From positions 722-64,721 of the forward strand of contig WANO01000038.1 in NCBI GenBank assembly GCA_015521765.1: a stretch of DNA of 64,000 nt, in the 5' to 3' direction. Positions 49,594 through 59,691 of the stretch are shown one piece after another; the stretch's first letter is position 1, and the number at the start of each line of letters is the position of its first letter. Source of the stretch: Desulfurococcales archaeon (GTDB lineage Archaea; Thermoproteota; Thermoprotei_A; Sulfolobales; AG1). The notes beneath the pieces were generated by a model. That model did no database searches, was not told the DNA's origin, and saw only the letters and a program-made list of their open reading frames with translations. The translations under genes were made by a program, and so were the position numbers.

Positions 49594-50718
49594 ATGGATG
49601 GGCTATCCATATTGTCTGAAATATACAGGCATATAGGGTCGAGCACAGGTAGCTATAGCTTTATAGACTCCCTAGATATAGGGAGATCTAGAGACCTGAT
49701 CTTCCTGATCACCATAGCATCAACAAAAACATCAACAATACCAGGGGTAAGCATAGCTGGTAAAACACCGAAGGACACGCTATATACACCAGCACTAGAT
49801 GTCGAGTACCTAGTAGCCGGGAAGCCATTAACCATCGACACCATACCCATAACCCCTGATGGAATACCAACACCAGCATTGGTATCGAGGTCCCTTATGG
49901 TATCGAATAAGATATCCACACTGGTTGTTGATTCAGGCTCATTTATCGAGCCAAAGATACCCCATATAGACCTGCCAAGCAGGATTCCCGGAGAATCAAT
50001 AGACACTGGTAACGCGTTGCCTGAGGGGACCTCGAGGAAGCTGTATAGCGAAGCCAGGGTTCTGGGCGAGAGCATTGGTTACGATAGAGTAGTGTTTATT
50101 GGGGAGAGCATGCCTGGGGGGACCACTACTGCGATGGCTATAATGGAGGCTTTGGGGTTCAGGGCTAGGGGCCGGGTCAGTAGTGCGGGGCCCAATAATC
50201 CCCACGATCTTAAATGGGGGATTGTCTCAAAGGGGTTTAGGTGTGCTGGAATAGATCCTCCTGTTGATGACGTGTTTAGTGCTATAGATCGTGTGGGGGA
50301 CCCCCTGCACGTATCGATTGCTGGGATCGCTGATGGCGCAATAAGCTCCGGGGGGAGGGTTGTTTTGGCTGGAGGAACCCAGATGTGCTCTGTCCTGGCT
50401 ATATTGAGGAGGCTGGGTGTTGATTACCGTGGGAGGCTGGCTATAGCTACAACATACTGGCTGTATGGGGATAGATCTTCGGACATACAGGGTCTGGTTA
50501 ACTCCATAGACAGTAGCGTTCCCATCTACTATACTATGATTGATTTCAGCGACTCACCGTTTGATGGTTTGAGAAGGTATGATGAGGGTTACGTTAAGGA
50601 GGGTGTGGGTATGGGTGGATATATGTTTGCGTCGCTGGTTCTAGGGGTCCCGCTGGAGGGTATTAAGAGGAGTATATATAGCGAGTATGGTCGATTGATC
50701 AAGTATCGTAAGGTTTAG
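49594..50718 (+). CDS. cobT: Archaeal nicotinate-mononucleotide:base phosphoribosyltransferase (CobT)
   Basis: GVSIAG, PTPA, GESMPGGTTTA, LAGGTQM and GYVKEGVG motifs. Confidence 0.9.
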   Translation: MDGLSILSEIYRHIGSSTGSYSFIDSLDIGRSRDLIFLITIASTKTSTIPGVSIAGKTPKDTLYTPALDVEYLVAGKPLTIDTIPITPDGIPTPALVSRSLMVSNKISTLVVDSGSFIEPKIPHIDLPSRIPGESIDTGNALPEGTSRKLYSEARVLGESIGYDRVVFIGESMPGGTTTAMAIMEALGFRARGRVSSAGPNNPHDLKWGIVSKGFRCAGIDPPVDDVFSAIDRVGDPLHVSIAGIADGAISSGGRVVLAGGTQMCSVLAILRRLGVDYRGRLAIATTYWLYGDRSSDIQGLVNSIDSSVPIYYTMIDFSDSPFDGLRRYDEGYVKEGVGMGGYMFASLVLGVPLEGIKRSIYSEYGRLIKYRKV

Positions 50719-50722
50719 GGTT

Positions 50723-51826
50723 TTGGGTGTTGTAAGAAAGATCTGGCTGACCCCCTCGCCCAGATCCCTAGTTGTAGAGCTTAATGATGAAGCAAGATTC
50801 ATATCGTCTATACCCACGGTAGGCGATAGAGTGGGGCATGTGGTTTTTGCCCAGGTGAAGAAGGATGCGTGCATGGATAGCTTCACCTCTTTCCAGCGCA
50901 GGATTTTAAATATGCTGGGTATAGATCGGGGTCTCGTGTTCGCTACCGCCGCTGATGTCGGGAGATACATAGATGTTTCTGTGAAGCTTGATCGGGATAT
51001 AGATCTGGAGATAGAGATCATAGCTACAGTAGGTCTCGAGCCGCCTGCATGTGTAGACCTGGAGAAGCTCTATAGACCAATTGCTGGCACAATAAATATA
51101 GCTACTATCCTAGACTCAGAGGTCCCCCAGTCGGCTCTAGCGGATCTTTTTAGGACTATAGTAGAGGCCAAAGCATCTGCATCTTCCTACCTGATGCTGA
51201 GGTGCAGATCTAGATCTGTGGGCACGGTCTCAGACGCCATAGCTGTGGGGTCCCTGGAATCCGGAAAGAAAAGAGACATATTAACTATGGGTATGGCGAC
51301 AAGCGTGGGTGGTGTGGTGGCCAGAAAAATACATGGGGCCCTAATAGATCACGCGGTGAGTAAGATGGGGATTGAGGGGTTCGTTAGAAACTGTATCGGT
51401 ATGGATATAGATGATCTGGCTAACCTAGCCTATAGGTTCGCTAGCGAGCTGTCTATCGATGCGCCCACAAAGGATTATTTTAGGGTGGCCATAGCCGAAG
51501 TGTTGGGGGACCCCAACGTTCTTATGACTTTAATCGCGTCTAGAGAGCTAGATCTATATAGGAGGTCTGGGGTGATAGGTAAAATAGCTCGGGTGCAGGG
51601 GTCCCCTCAGAGCTATAGCGGGTTGGATTTAGCTTTTCTGTTGGGTAGATCGGTTATTGAGCAAAGCAGATGCATTAAGATCGATGATTGCATCGATCTC
51701 TATAGAAGGCTACTTCACCTATCAAGCGAGGTTTGGGAGGAGTATCATAACGATACCATGTTTGAGCAGTATATGGTGGTTTCTTTAATAGCTAGGGTTC
51801 TTTGCTGTATGAACCAGAATAGGTGA
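50723..51826 (+). CDS. cbiZ: Adenosylcobinamide amidohydrolase CbiZ fused to a CobZ-like domain (CbiS-like)
   Basis: TAA, GTINI, EAK and GTVSDA CbiZ motifs; C-terminal DPNV-containing helical domain; cob operon context. Confidence 0.8.
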   Translation: MGVVRKIWLTPSPRSLVVELNDEARFISSIPTVGDRVGHVVFAQVKKDACMDSFTSFQRRILNMLGIDRGLVFATAADVGRYIDVSVKLDRDIDLEIEIIATVGLEPPACVDLEKLYRPIAGTINIATILDSEVPQSALADLFRTIVEAKASASSYLMLRCRSRSVGTVSDAIAVGSLESGKKRDILTMGMATSVGGVVARKIHGALIDHAVSKMGIEGFVRNCIGMDIDDLANLAYRFASELSIDAPTKDYFRVAIAEVLGDPNVLMTLIASRELDLYRRSGVIGKIARVQGSPQSYSGLDLAFLLGRSVIEQSRCIKIDDCIDLYRRLLHLSSEVWEEYHNDTMFEQYMVVSLIARVLCCMNQNR

Positions 51827-51833
51827 TAACCCA

Positions 51834-52391
51834 GTGGTGTGGAGCGGTAAAATAAACTGTGTGGTTATGGCCGGGGGTAGGGGGGAGAGGCTGGGGTTTG
51901 CTAGTAAACCTCTCATTGATCTGTGTGGTGCCTTGCTTATTGAGCGCGTTCTGGGTGGGGTGAAGGATCTGTGTTCGAAGATAGTTGTGGCCTACTCGAG
52001 ATACACCAGGGGTGTTGAAGATCATGTATGTGGAAGAAAAGAGCTGTGTGGAAGCTGCATGTGTATAGAGACTAGTGGGGATAGCTATGTGGAGGACCTC
52101 AATAAGGCTTTAGATCTTTCTGGGTTCCCTGTGCTGGTGATACCGTCAGATACACCGTTTATAGATAAAAAAATATTAGGTGATTTTATATCTAAAGCTC
52201 TGGGTACAGGTGCCGAAATAGTTAATCTGAGCGTTGTGGGGAGGGGACTTATAGGTGTATCTGTCTTCAAGTCCAGGTCTGGTGGGTGGATCAATATAGT
52301 ATACGAATACAGCAACAGCCTAATCGATATAGATACGCCAGAAGATCTTGAAAGGGCTAGGTGCATGTGTGGTGAAGATACACGGAGGTAA
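51834..52391 (+). CDS. cobY: GTP:adenosylcobinamide-phosphate guanylyltransferase
   Basis: MAGGRGERL..KP, YVEDL and DIDTPEDL; operon context. Confidence 0.85.
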   Translation: MVWSGKINCVVMAGGRGERLGFASKPLIDLCGALLIERVLGGVKDLCSKIVVAYSRYTRGVEDHVCGRKELCGSCMCIETSGDSYVEDLNKALDLSGFPVLVIPSDTPFIDKKILGDFISKALGTGAEIVNLSVVGRGLIGVSVFKSRSGGWINIVYEYSNSLIDIDTPEDLERARCMCGEDTRR

Positions 52392-53430
52392 CCCCCCGGA
52401 GGGTGTGCTCGACTTCAGCTCCCCGCTAAATCCTTTAGGGCCTCCCAGACTGCTCCTTAACGTTTTATTCAACGAGATCGAGGGTGGAGCGGTATCTAGA
52501 TACCCGGATCCCAGCTATAGCGATTTCAAGAATTCAGTATCCATGTTCTATAATATAGATCCCGAAAACATCCTCCCACTAAATGGAGCTGCTGAAGGCC
52601 TCTACATGCTTCTAGCAGTCCTGAAGCCTAGAAGGCTTATTGTCTATGAACCGACATTCGGCGATCACTGGGAGGCCTCGAGATCCCTCGGAATAGATAT
52701 CGTGGCTCTACCCCTCATAAGTGAGGGTAATAGATATGTACTTGAGCCAGATCTGCTATGCAACATACCTGAGAGAGAGAAAGAGAACTCCCTTGTGCTA
52801 TTATCCAACCCCAATAATCCTACTGGTGTCCTGGTTAGATCTAGAAAGATAAAGTCTCTCTATAGCTGTTTAGGTAACGGATCATATATAGTTATTGATG
52901 AAGCCTTCATGGACTTCACGACTGGATCAGAGAGCTTTATGGGTAAGGGGTTTGAAAGGACCATTGTTATTAGAAGCTTCACCAAGATCCTATCAATTCC
53001 TGGATTAAGGATCGGTTTCCTGTATTCCGAGGATAGGGACCTCTTATCGAGGCTCGAGGGGTTTAGGCAGCCATGGAACATCAATATCCTCGCTGAGCGG
53101 GCCGTGAGCTTTATGCTTAGGAGCATCGATATATTTAAGGATTTCATCCGTGAGTCCAGAGACTTCGTTAAAAATGAGAGGGAGTGGCTCTATAAGAAGC
53201 TTAAGTCGCTTGGATTAACTGTATATAGGTCCTGGGGTCCCTTCCTGCTTGTGAGGCACAGTGGCTATACTCATCCTGAGCTGCAGTCGGCTTTGATCGA
53301 TAACGGGATCTATGTGAGAGACGCATCATCGTTCCACGGGTTGAGTGGTGAGTACAGTAGAGTTTCCGTAAAGCTCAGGAAAGACAATGCTATCCTGGTT
53401 GAGGTTTTTAGAAAGCTCTTTGGTGGATAG
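52369..53430 (+). CDS. cobD: L-threonine-O-3-phosphate decarboxylase
   Basis: HGG, DFSSPLNPLG, NPNNPTG, DEAFMDF and SFTKILSIPGLRIG motifs. Confidence 0.88.
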   Translation: MVKIHGGNPPEGVLDFSSPLNPLGPPRLLLNVLFNEIEGGAVSRYPDPSYSDFKNSVSMFYNIDPENILPLNGAAEGLYMLLAVLKPRRLIVYEPTFGDHWEASRSLGIDIVALPLISEGNRYVLEPDLLCNIPEREKENSLVLLSNPNNPTGVLVRSRKIKSLYSCLGNGSYIVIDEAFMDFTTGSESFMGKGFERTIVIRSFTKILSIPGLRIGFLYSEDRDLLSRLEGFRQPWNINILAERAVSFMLRSIDIFKDFIRESRDFVKNEREWLYKKLKSLGLTVYRSWGPFLLVRHSGYTHPELQSALIDNGIYVRDASSFHGLSGEYSRVSVKLRKDNAILVEVFRKLFGG

Positions 53431-54254
53431 GCTTATCCGCGGCCATAAAGGATTTAAGGGCTCTGCTCTCCTTTCTTACTACTATACCTGCAGGAGTAAA
53501 TGATCTTATAGCGGCCTCTAGGGCGTTCCATCTAGTCCCCATAGTCGGCTTACTCGAGGGGGCTATAGCTGGTTTAGCGGTATACACTCTATATCTTATT
53601 AGGCTCGACACTTTATTTATTGGGGTTCTCTATGTCGTGATCCATATAGCGATCACTGGAGGGATACATATCGATGGCTTCTCGGACTATATGGATCTTA
53701 TAGGATCTAGAAAGCGCGGCGAGGAAGCCAGCAAGGTTCTTAAAGATCCCAGGAAGGGTTCTTTCGGCGTTATGGGAATCACACTAAATATAGTTGTAAG
53801 CCTAGCATCCATAGACGTTATACTCACAAACATATCTCCTAAATGGCTGATGGTGCCGCTACTCGGGCTACTGTATGTTGTGTCCGCTGAATCCATGTAT
53901 ATAGTTCTCAGATATGGTAGAAGAGAACCCTATAACGGGCTGGCCAACGTGTTCTACGATAACTCAATGTCTAGAGGTAAGATAGCGTTGAACATGGTTG
54001 TTCTGCTAGCTCTAACCCTAGTACTGGTTTCGGTGCCGGGGGTTCTCTACGGCTACATACATATCACGGCAACAACCGCGGTATTGATGTATGCTTCATC
54101 ACTAGTGATATGCACCGTCATCTTGCGGGACTCGAGCTCGAGGCTTGGCTATGTTAATGGTGATGTTCTTGGATTCTCTTTTGAGCTACATAGGGTGGTT
54201 CTTTTGCTGTCTATGGCTCTTCTCCTACAACTTGCCAGTTTGGGGTGCTGCTGA
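53427..54254 (+). CDS. cobS: Cobalamin(-5'-phosphate) synthase; start codon uncertain or non-canonical
   Basis: In-frame LSFLTTIP...PIVG upstream of the ORF-track start; TGGIHIDGFSDYMD, LKDPRKGSFG and NGDVLG motifs. Confidence 0.85.
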   Translation: MGLSAAIKDLRALLSFLTTIPAGVNDLIAASRAFHLVPIVGLLEGAIAGLAVYTLYLIRLDTLFIGVLYVVIHIAITGGIHIDGFSDYMDLIGSRKRGEEASKVLKDPRKGSFGVMGITLNIVVSLASIDVILTNISPKWLMVPLLGLLYVVSAESMYIVLRYGRREPYNGLANVFYDNSMSRGKIALNMVVLLALTLVLVSVPGVLYGYIHITATTAVLMYASSLVICTVILRDSSSRLGYVNGDVLGFSFELHRVVLLLSMALLLQLASLGCC

Positions 54255-54257
54255 ATA

Positions 54258-55199
54258 ATGCTTATGGATCCTATCGCATCGATCTCTATCTTGATGCTTG
54301 CTCTCTTGCTAGATCTAATATATCCCTTCCACTCGGGCCTCCTATATAAACTCCACCCTGTCCACACATCGTATGTGCTTGCCAGAAGGCTATGCCCCCC
54401 ATACTCCGGTTTAGCTAGAGGTGTTTTAACGTGGTTTGCTGTGGTTTCCCTGCATCTAGGGGTGTTTGGCTCTATACTATATTTCTCCAGCCTGCTCAAT
54501 ACCTACATAGCTCTAGCTATATCTGTTGTTATCGTTAAATTCTCTATATCTCTAAAGCTACTTATAGACGTAGCTAGGCGCGTAGAAGAAATGTTTGTTG
54601 CTGGAAGAGGCTTCGAGGCTAGGGTTTGGGCTCAGCAGCTGGTTAGGAGAGATGTGTTTAGGCTTGACGATGCTAGGGTTGTTTCTTCAACTCTCGAGTC
54701 TCTGTCTGAGAGTCTTGTTGATGGGTTTGCTTCTCCTCTTCTATACTATGCTCTTGCTGGGCCCCTGGGAGCTCTGCTCCAGAGGGTAGCTAATTCTCTG
54801 GATAGTGCTTTAGGATATAGATCTGCTGAATACATCAATGCTGGGAGGTTTTCAGCTTTGATGGATACCGTGCTGAATGCTGTCCCGTCTAGGCTTACGG
54901 CCTTATTGATTGTTCTTCTCTCACCTATTATTGGCGGGGACCTCGCCTCCAGCTATAGGGTTTGGAGAAGGTACCATAGCGCTACCGAGAGCTTTAATGC
55001 GGGTCATCCTATATCCGCCTTTGCCGGTGCCTTGGGGGTTAGGCTTGAGAAGCCCGGGCACTATGTGGTTAATGAGGATGCTAGGCCTCCTACACCTAGT
55101 GATATTGTTAGGGGGGTTAGGCTTATCTCTGTGGTATCACTCGTGTATATATTTATATTAATATTGTTTATTATTATAGCCAGCTCTCTATCTCTGTAG
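54258..55199 (+). CDS. cbiB: Adenosylcobinamide-phosphate synthase
   Basis: HPV, LVRRD, ESLSESLVDG, NSLDSALGY and NAG.P motifs. Confidence 0.9.
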   Translation: MLMDPIASISILMLALLLDLIYPFHSGLLYKLHPVHTSYVLARRLCPPYSGLARGVLTWFAVVSLHLGVFGSILYFSSLLNTYIALAISVVIVKFSISLKLLIDVARRVEEMFVAGRGFEARVWAQQLVRRDVFRLDDARVVSSTLESLSESLVDGFASPLLYYALAGPLGALLQRVANSLDSALGYRSAEYINAGRFSALMDTVLNAVPSRLTALLIVLLSPIIGGDLASSYRVWRRYHSATESFNAGHPISAFAGALGVRLEKPGHYVVNEDARPPTPSDIVRGVRLISVVSLVYIFILILFIIIASSLSL

Positions 55200-55253
55200 G
55201 TAAAGCTTATATCTCGGTATTTCTCTTCATAATTTATGGAGGATTAAGCCTCG

Positions 55254-55955
55254 ATGATCCATATATTCCGCCGAGGCCCCGGTGCAGGAGGCAGAAGTCG
55301 AAGCAGATACGCATCACGCCCACACGGCTACTATGGATTTAGGTTCGCCTCCATTCAGCCAGCTACCTTCTGCTCCTTGAGAACCTGCTTTCCTGAAGAT
55401 AAATGCTACGAATACAGAGTTTTTGAGGCTAGGAACCTGGCCCCCTTCTCGTTTATAGACTATGAGGTTGAGGTCTTCAACGATCATTCCGCAGACCATA
55501 TACCAGGGCTCTATAGAGACTATCTCGTTCTCGTCCCCCACACTCTCGAGTTCGCCTATGCTTCCCTGATCGAGAAGAGGGATCTCAGGATTGTTCCTGG
55601 CTTAAGTGTGTTCTACTATGGTACAGACAATATGGGTGAGGCGTACTATATACTCTCTATACTGAATTCCGGGTGGGTCTTTAGGGGTTTCAGGGATCGA
55701 GCTTCCATATTCGAGAATGAGGTTAAGGCGATCATATCATCTATACCGAGGTATGATCCTGGAAATCCAGACCATGTAAAGCTGTCTGAGCTGGGTGTTA
55801 AGGGGAGAGATGAGTGTGTTAGGGAGCTTAAGTCTATAAGGGAGGGTATCGATCGTGTGTATAGAGGGATGATTAGGCGGGCTCTGTATGATGCGACGGA
55901 CCATATTAGAAGAGAGATCGATGAGATCCTGGTGAACATGAGCATATACAGATAG
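55254..55955 (+). CDS. Protein resembling the C-terminal (specificity) region of type IIG restriction-modification enzymes; possibly a remnant
   Basis: EAYYILSILNS...IPRYDPGNPDHVKLSEL...EIDEIL pattern; no methyltransferase motifs. Confidence 0.55.
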   Translation: MIHIFRRGPGAGGRSRSRYASRPHGYYGFRFASIQPATFCSLRTCFPEDKCYEYRVFEARNLAPFSFIDYEVEVFNDHSADHIPGLYRDYLVLVPHTLEFAYASLIEKRDLRIVPGLSVFYYGTDNMGEAYYILSILNSGWVFRGFRDRASIFENEVKAIISSIPRYDPGNPDHVKLSELGVKGRDECVRELKSIREGIDRVYRGMIRRALYDATDHIRREIDEILVNMSIYR

Positions 55956-56055
55956 CGTATACCGGATCATTTATTGATCGCCTGCCACGAATATTTGAAT
56001 ATATGCGGTTATTTAGTTATATTTCTGCTTTACAACTCTAATTGGGCTGAATGCA

Positions 56056-57942
56056 ATGGGTAGAGGCATCAGTGTCGAAGATATAGTTAGGATCATATCC
56101 ATACCCAACGTAAGGGTCTCGTCTAAGGGATATGTTGCCTACGTCACCAGGGTGCCTGATCTAGATAAAAACAGGTATGTAACTGAGATAAGGATCCAGG
56201 GGCCAGACGGGTTCAGTGCTAACCTAACGGGAAACGATAACACACCTAGATGGAGCCCCTCGGGTTCTAAACTTGCTTTCTTGAGCAGGAGGGGCGCTGA
56301 TGAGAAGGAGAAGGGTGCTGGGGTTTTTGTGTATTCTATAGGTGGAGAGCCTAGGAAGGTCGCCTGGTTTAAGATGGGTGTTGTGGATCTAGACTGGCTC
56401 AACGAGACGACGGTACTGGCTTTATCGCCTGTGGCTACGGATGATTTCGACCCTGATGGAGACTATGTTATGACTGACAGGCTCCCGCTGTGGTTTGATT
56501 CCGTGGGTCTTGTTGCTGGTAGGGTTACCCAGATATTCTCGATCGATGTAGACTCGAATAGGGTTAGGAAGCTGACTGAGGAATCTAATCCGGTTAGGGG
56601 GTTTGCCCCATGCCCCGATGGGAGAATAGTCTATTGGGTTGTGGATGACTGGAGGAAGCCCTATATATCCACCTTAAAGATTCTTGAAAGAAGCGGTGAA
56701 ACCGTTGAGGTTATGAAGGGCGTTAGTGTGTGGGGCGCGCTGTGTGGTGGTGAAGATATATTTGTTTTAGCCCATAAGCAGCCTATAGGTATCGCTAGCC
56801 ACCATAGGGTTTGGAGGGTTCTTGAGAGGGATCTGGAGTGTGTTTCCTGCGGTGTGGATAGGAACATCCATGTGTTGGCTGGCCTCTACGATGGTAATCC
56901 TGTAGCTGTCTACTCCGATCGTGGAAGATCCGTTGTGGCCATGTTTAAAGGCGACGGCGGTGAGCATAGAGACCTTATAGCTAGGGACCAGATAATATTT
57001 GATGCGCATCTCGAGAACGGTAGGCTTGTGTATTCGGCATCGTCGCCTACATCGCCTCCTGAGGTGTATGAATATAGGTTTAGCGATGGTGGCGTTAGAA
57101 AGGTTTCTAGGGTTAATGAGTGGGTTTCTGGCGAGATAGATCTTGTGGAGCCGAAACATATTAGATTTAGCCATGGAGGGTTGGAGCTTGATGGGTGGAT
57201 AATGCTACCCAAATCCGAGGGTCCTTATCCAATGATCCTCTATATACATGGGGGCCCTAAAGGGATGTATGGGTATGGGTTCTACCCAGAGTTCCAGCTG
57301 ATGGTGGCTAATGGGTTTGCCGTAGCATATATGAACCCTACTGGTAGCGATGGATATAGTGAGGAGTTTGCTGATATAAGGGGTAGGTATGGTGAGGTTG
57401 ACTATGAGCAGATAATGGCTTTTGTCGATAAGGTTGTTGAGGAATATGGCATAAACCCCAGCAAGATGGGTGTTACTGGCATAAGCTATGGAGGATACAT
57501 GACTAATGTTATAGTGACTAAAACCGATAGGTTCTCTGCTGCTGTGAGCGAAAACGGTATTGCTGACTGGATCGCTGATTTCTGGGCCTCAGACATAGGG
57601 TACTGGTTCAACCCCGACCAGATAGGAGGAACGCCCCTAGACAATATGGATGAGTATATTAGGAAAAGCCCTGTCTACCACGCGAGAAACGTTAAGACAC
57701 CTATACTGTTTATCCATAGTCTCGAGGACTATAGATGCTTCATAGACCAGTCTCTAGCCATGCATACAGCTCTGAGAATGCTTGGGAAGGAGTCTAAGCT
57801 ACTTGTATTTACTAAGGGATCCCACGGGCACAGCATTATGGCGGCTCCAAAGCATAGAATGAAGAGGTTGAATATCAAGCTGAAGTGGTTCAAAGATAAG
57901 CTGGGGATCATGGAGGGTAAAGACAGCAATAATAAACAATAA
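56056..57942 (+). CDS. S9 family peptidase
   Basis: HGGP, GISYGG, DYRC and GSHG triad. Confidence 0.93.
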   Translation: MGRGISVEDIVRIISIPNVRVSSKGYVAYVTRVPDLDKNRYVTEIRIQGPDGFSANLTGNDNTPRWSPSGSKLAFLSRRGADEKEKGAGVFVYSIGGEPRKVAWFKMGVVDLDWLNETTVLALSPVATDDFDPDGDYVMTDRLPLWFDSVGLVAGRVTQIFSIDVDSNRVRKLTEESNPVRGFAPCPDGRIVYWVVDDWRKPYISTLKILERSGETVEVMKGVSVWGALCGGEDIFVLAHKQPIGIASHHRVWRVLERDLECVSCGVDRNIHVLAGLYDGNPVAVYSDRGRSVVAMFKGDGGEHRDLIARDQIIFDAHLENGRLVYSASSPTSPPEVYEYRFSDGGVRKVSRVNEWVSGEIDLVEPKHIRFSHGGLELDGWIMLPKSEGPYPMILYIHGGPKGMYGYGFYPEFQLMVANGFAVAYMNPTGSDGYSEEFADIRGRYGEVDYEQIMAFVDKVVEEYGINPSKMGVTGISYGGYMTNVIVTKTDRFSAAVSENGIADWIADFWASDIGYWFNPDQIGGTPLDNMDEYIRKSPVYHARNVKTPILFIHSLEDYRCFIDQSLAMHTALRMLGKESKLLVFTKGSHGHSIMAAPKHRMKRLNIKLKWFKDKLGIMEGKDSNNKQ

Positions 57943-57972
57943 AATATTTTGGATAATTAGATAGAGTGTTTT

Positions 57973-59427
57973 TTACTCTACGCAACACGGCATTTTTCCT
58001 ATATCTCTTATGAACGCCTGTGCTGACAGCTTTATTATTTCTGATGATGATGGGAAGATCTGGATTAGATCTGTGAGGTCCCTATAGCTATATCCATGCT
58101 TAATGGCTAATGACGCTATAGATATGAATTCCGATGCGTTTGGTGCCAGTACGTGGAATCCAAGTACTTTCTCTGTGTATGGATCTATAACCAGCTTAGC
58201 TAGCCCTCTAGGCTCGTCCAGGATACTTGATTTCGGGAGGTCGCTGAAGCTAACCAGCCTACATGAGCATGCTTTATAGATTTCCATGACCTGAGCCTCC
58301 GTTAGTCCAACATAAGCTATTTCGGGGTCCGTGAAGATCGCGATGGGAACAGTTCTATAATCTATACTTCTATCTCCGCCATCAACCATGTTCATCGCGG
58401 CTAAAGCACCTTCTCTAGCTGCGAGGGTCTCTAGAAACGCTGGCTTTGGTGTCCCTGCTACATCGCCTGCAGCATATATGTTCTGTACTGTAGTTCTGAG
58501 GTTGTGGGCGACTTTTATGAATCCTTTGCTATCTATCTCTACACCTATATAGTCCAGGTTTAATCCATCTGAGTTGGGTTTCCTCCCAGTAGCTATGAGT
58601 ATCGTGTCAACGGCAATGGTCTCAATGCCTTTAGGGGTTACTACCTTAACCTCTATGGTGTCGGCTTTTCTATCTATCTCTGAAATCCTGGATTTAAGAT
58701 AGAATCTTACGCCTTCAGACGACAATATATCTAGCGCTTCAACAGCTATATCAGGCTCTAGATTGGGTAGTGGTCTATCTAGAACCTCAACTACATACAC
58801 ATCGATACCCAGCCTCACGAATGCTTGAGCAAGCTCCAGCCCCACTGCGCCGGAGCCTACAATAAGGATTTTTGATGGTTCATAGTCGATGCCCCATATA
58901 GTGTCTGTTGTATAGTATGGAACGCTATCCAACCCCTTGATTCCTGGTATTGCTGGTCTTGAGCCTGTAGCTATAAGTATGTTTCTGCCGTAGATCTCTA
59001 GCGACCCAGGATCCTCGGATCTTTCTACCCTCACCCTGTTTCTGTCTACAAGCTTCGCATCACCAATATATAGATCTACATTTTCATACGATTCAACTAG
59101 CCTCTCATATTTATTTCCTCGAAGTTGAAGCACAATGCTCTCGATACTCTTGAAGACCTCTGATAGCTTCGGGGAAGACTCCATTCTATAGCTTATTTTC
59201 TTTCTTCTGGCTTTGCTATATAGCTTAAAGAGCTTTGCTGTCTCGATAAGAGATTTAGAGGGAACACATCCTGTATTGACACATGTACCCCCTAATGGTC
59301 TTCTAGATACCATGGCTATTTTCGAGTTCCTTTTAGTCAGCTCGGAGTATTTCACCATGGCAGAGAAGCCCGCTGCTCCACCGCCTATTATAATTAGATC
59401 ATATTGTTTTTCCATATCGCTCATCAC
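57973..59427 (-). CDS. merA: Mercuric reductase
   Basis: GGTCVNTGCVPSK redox disulfide, FAD/NAD motifs and C-terminal vicinal CC (MPCCVE). Confidence 0.88.
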   Translation of the reverse strand: MMSDMEKQYDLIIIGGGAAGFSAMVKYSELTKRNSKIAMVSRRPLGGTCVNTGCVPSKSLIETAKLFKLYSKARRKKISYRMESSPKLSEVFKSIESIVLQLRGNKYERLVESYENVDLYIGDAKLVDRNRVRVERSEDPGSLEIYGRNILIATGSRPAIPGIKGLDSVPYYTTDTIWGIDYEPSKILIVGSGAVGLELAQAFVRLGIDVYVVEVLDRPLPNLEPDIAVEALDILSSEGVRFYLKSRISEIDRKADTIEVKVVTPKGIETIAVDTILIATGRKPNSDGLNLDYIGVEIDSKGFIKVAHNLRTTVQNIYAAGDVAGTPKPAFLETLAAREGALAAMNMVDGGDRSIDYRTVPIAIFTDPEIAYVGLTEAQVMEIYKACSCRLVSFSDLPKSSILDEPRGLAKLVIDPYTEKVLGFHVLAPNASEFISIASLAIKHGYSYRDLTDLIQIFPSSSEIIKLSAQAFIRDIGKMPCCVE

Positions 59428-59548
59428 GATCTAGATTAGGGTGGGTAAGTAATATTCTTTATAAATTAATTAACCTTAATTTTATTTTCATTTATTCAAC
59501 AATAAAAATATAGTTAATGATTCCTCGATATAAATGATGATTGATTGC

Positions 59549-59568
59549 GGGTATCTATGGGTATCTAT
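59549..59568. repeat. Tandem 10-bp duplication GGGTATCTAT x2
   Basis: Seen directly in the AT-rich intergenic region upstream of merA. Confidence 0.7.
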
Positions 59569-59691
59569 AGAATATTCGTTACTATGTATACGTGTATAGT
59601 GGGCAAAATATTTAAAGTTTATAAGCCTGGTATTTATAAGTATGTTAATGAGAATATATGTTATAAAATTAAGTCTACGATGCGCTAGAAG

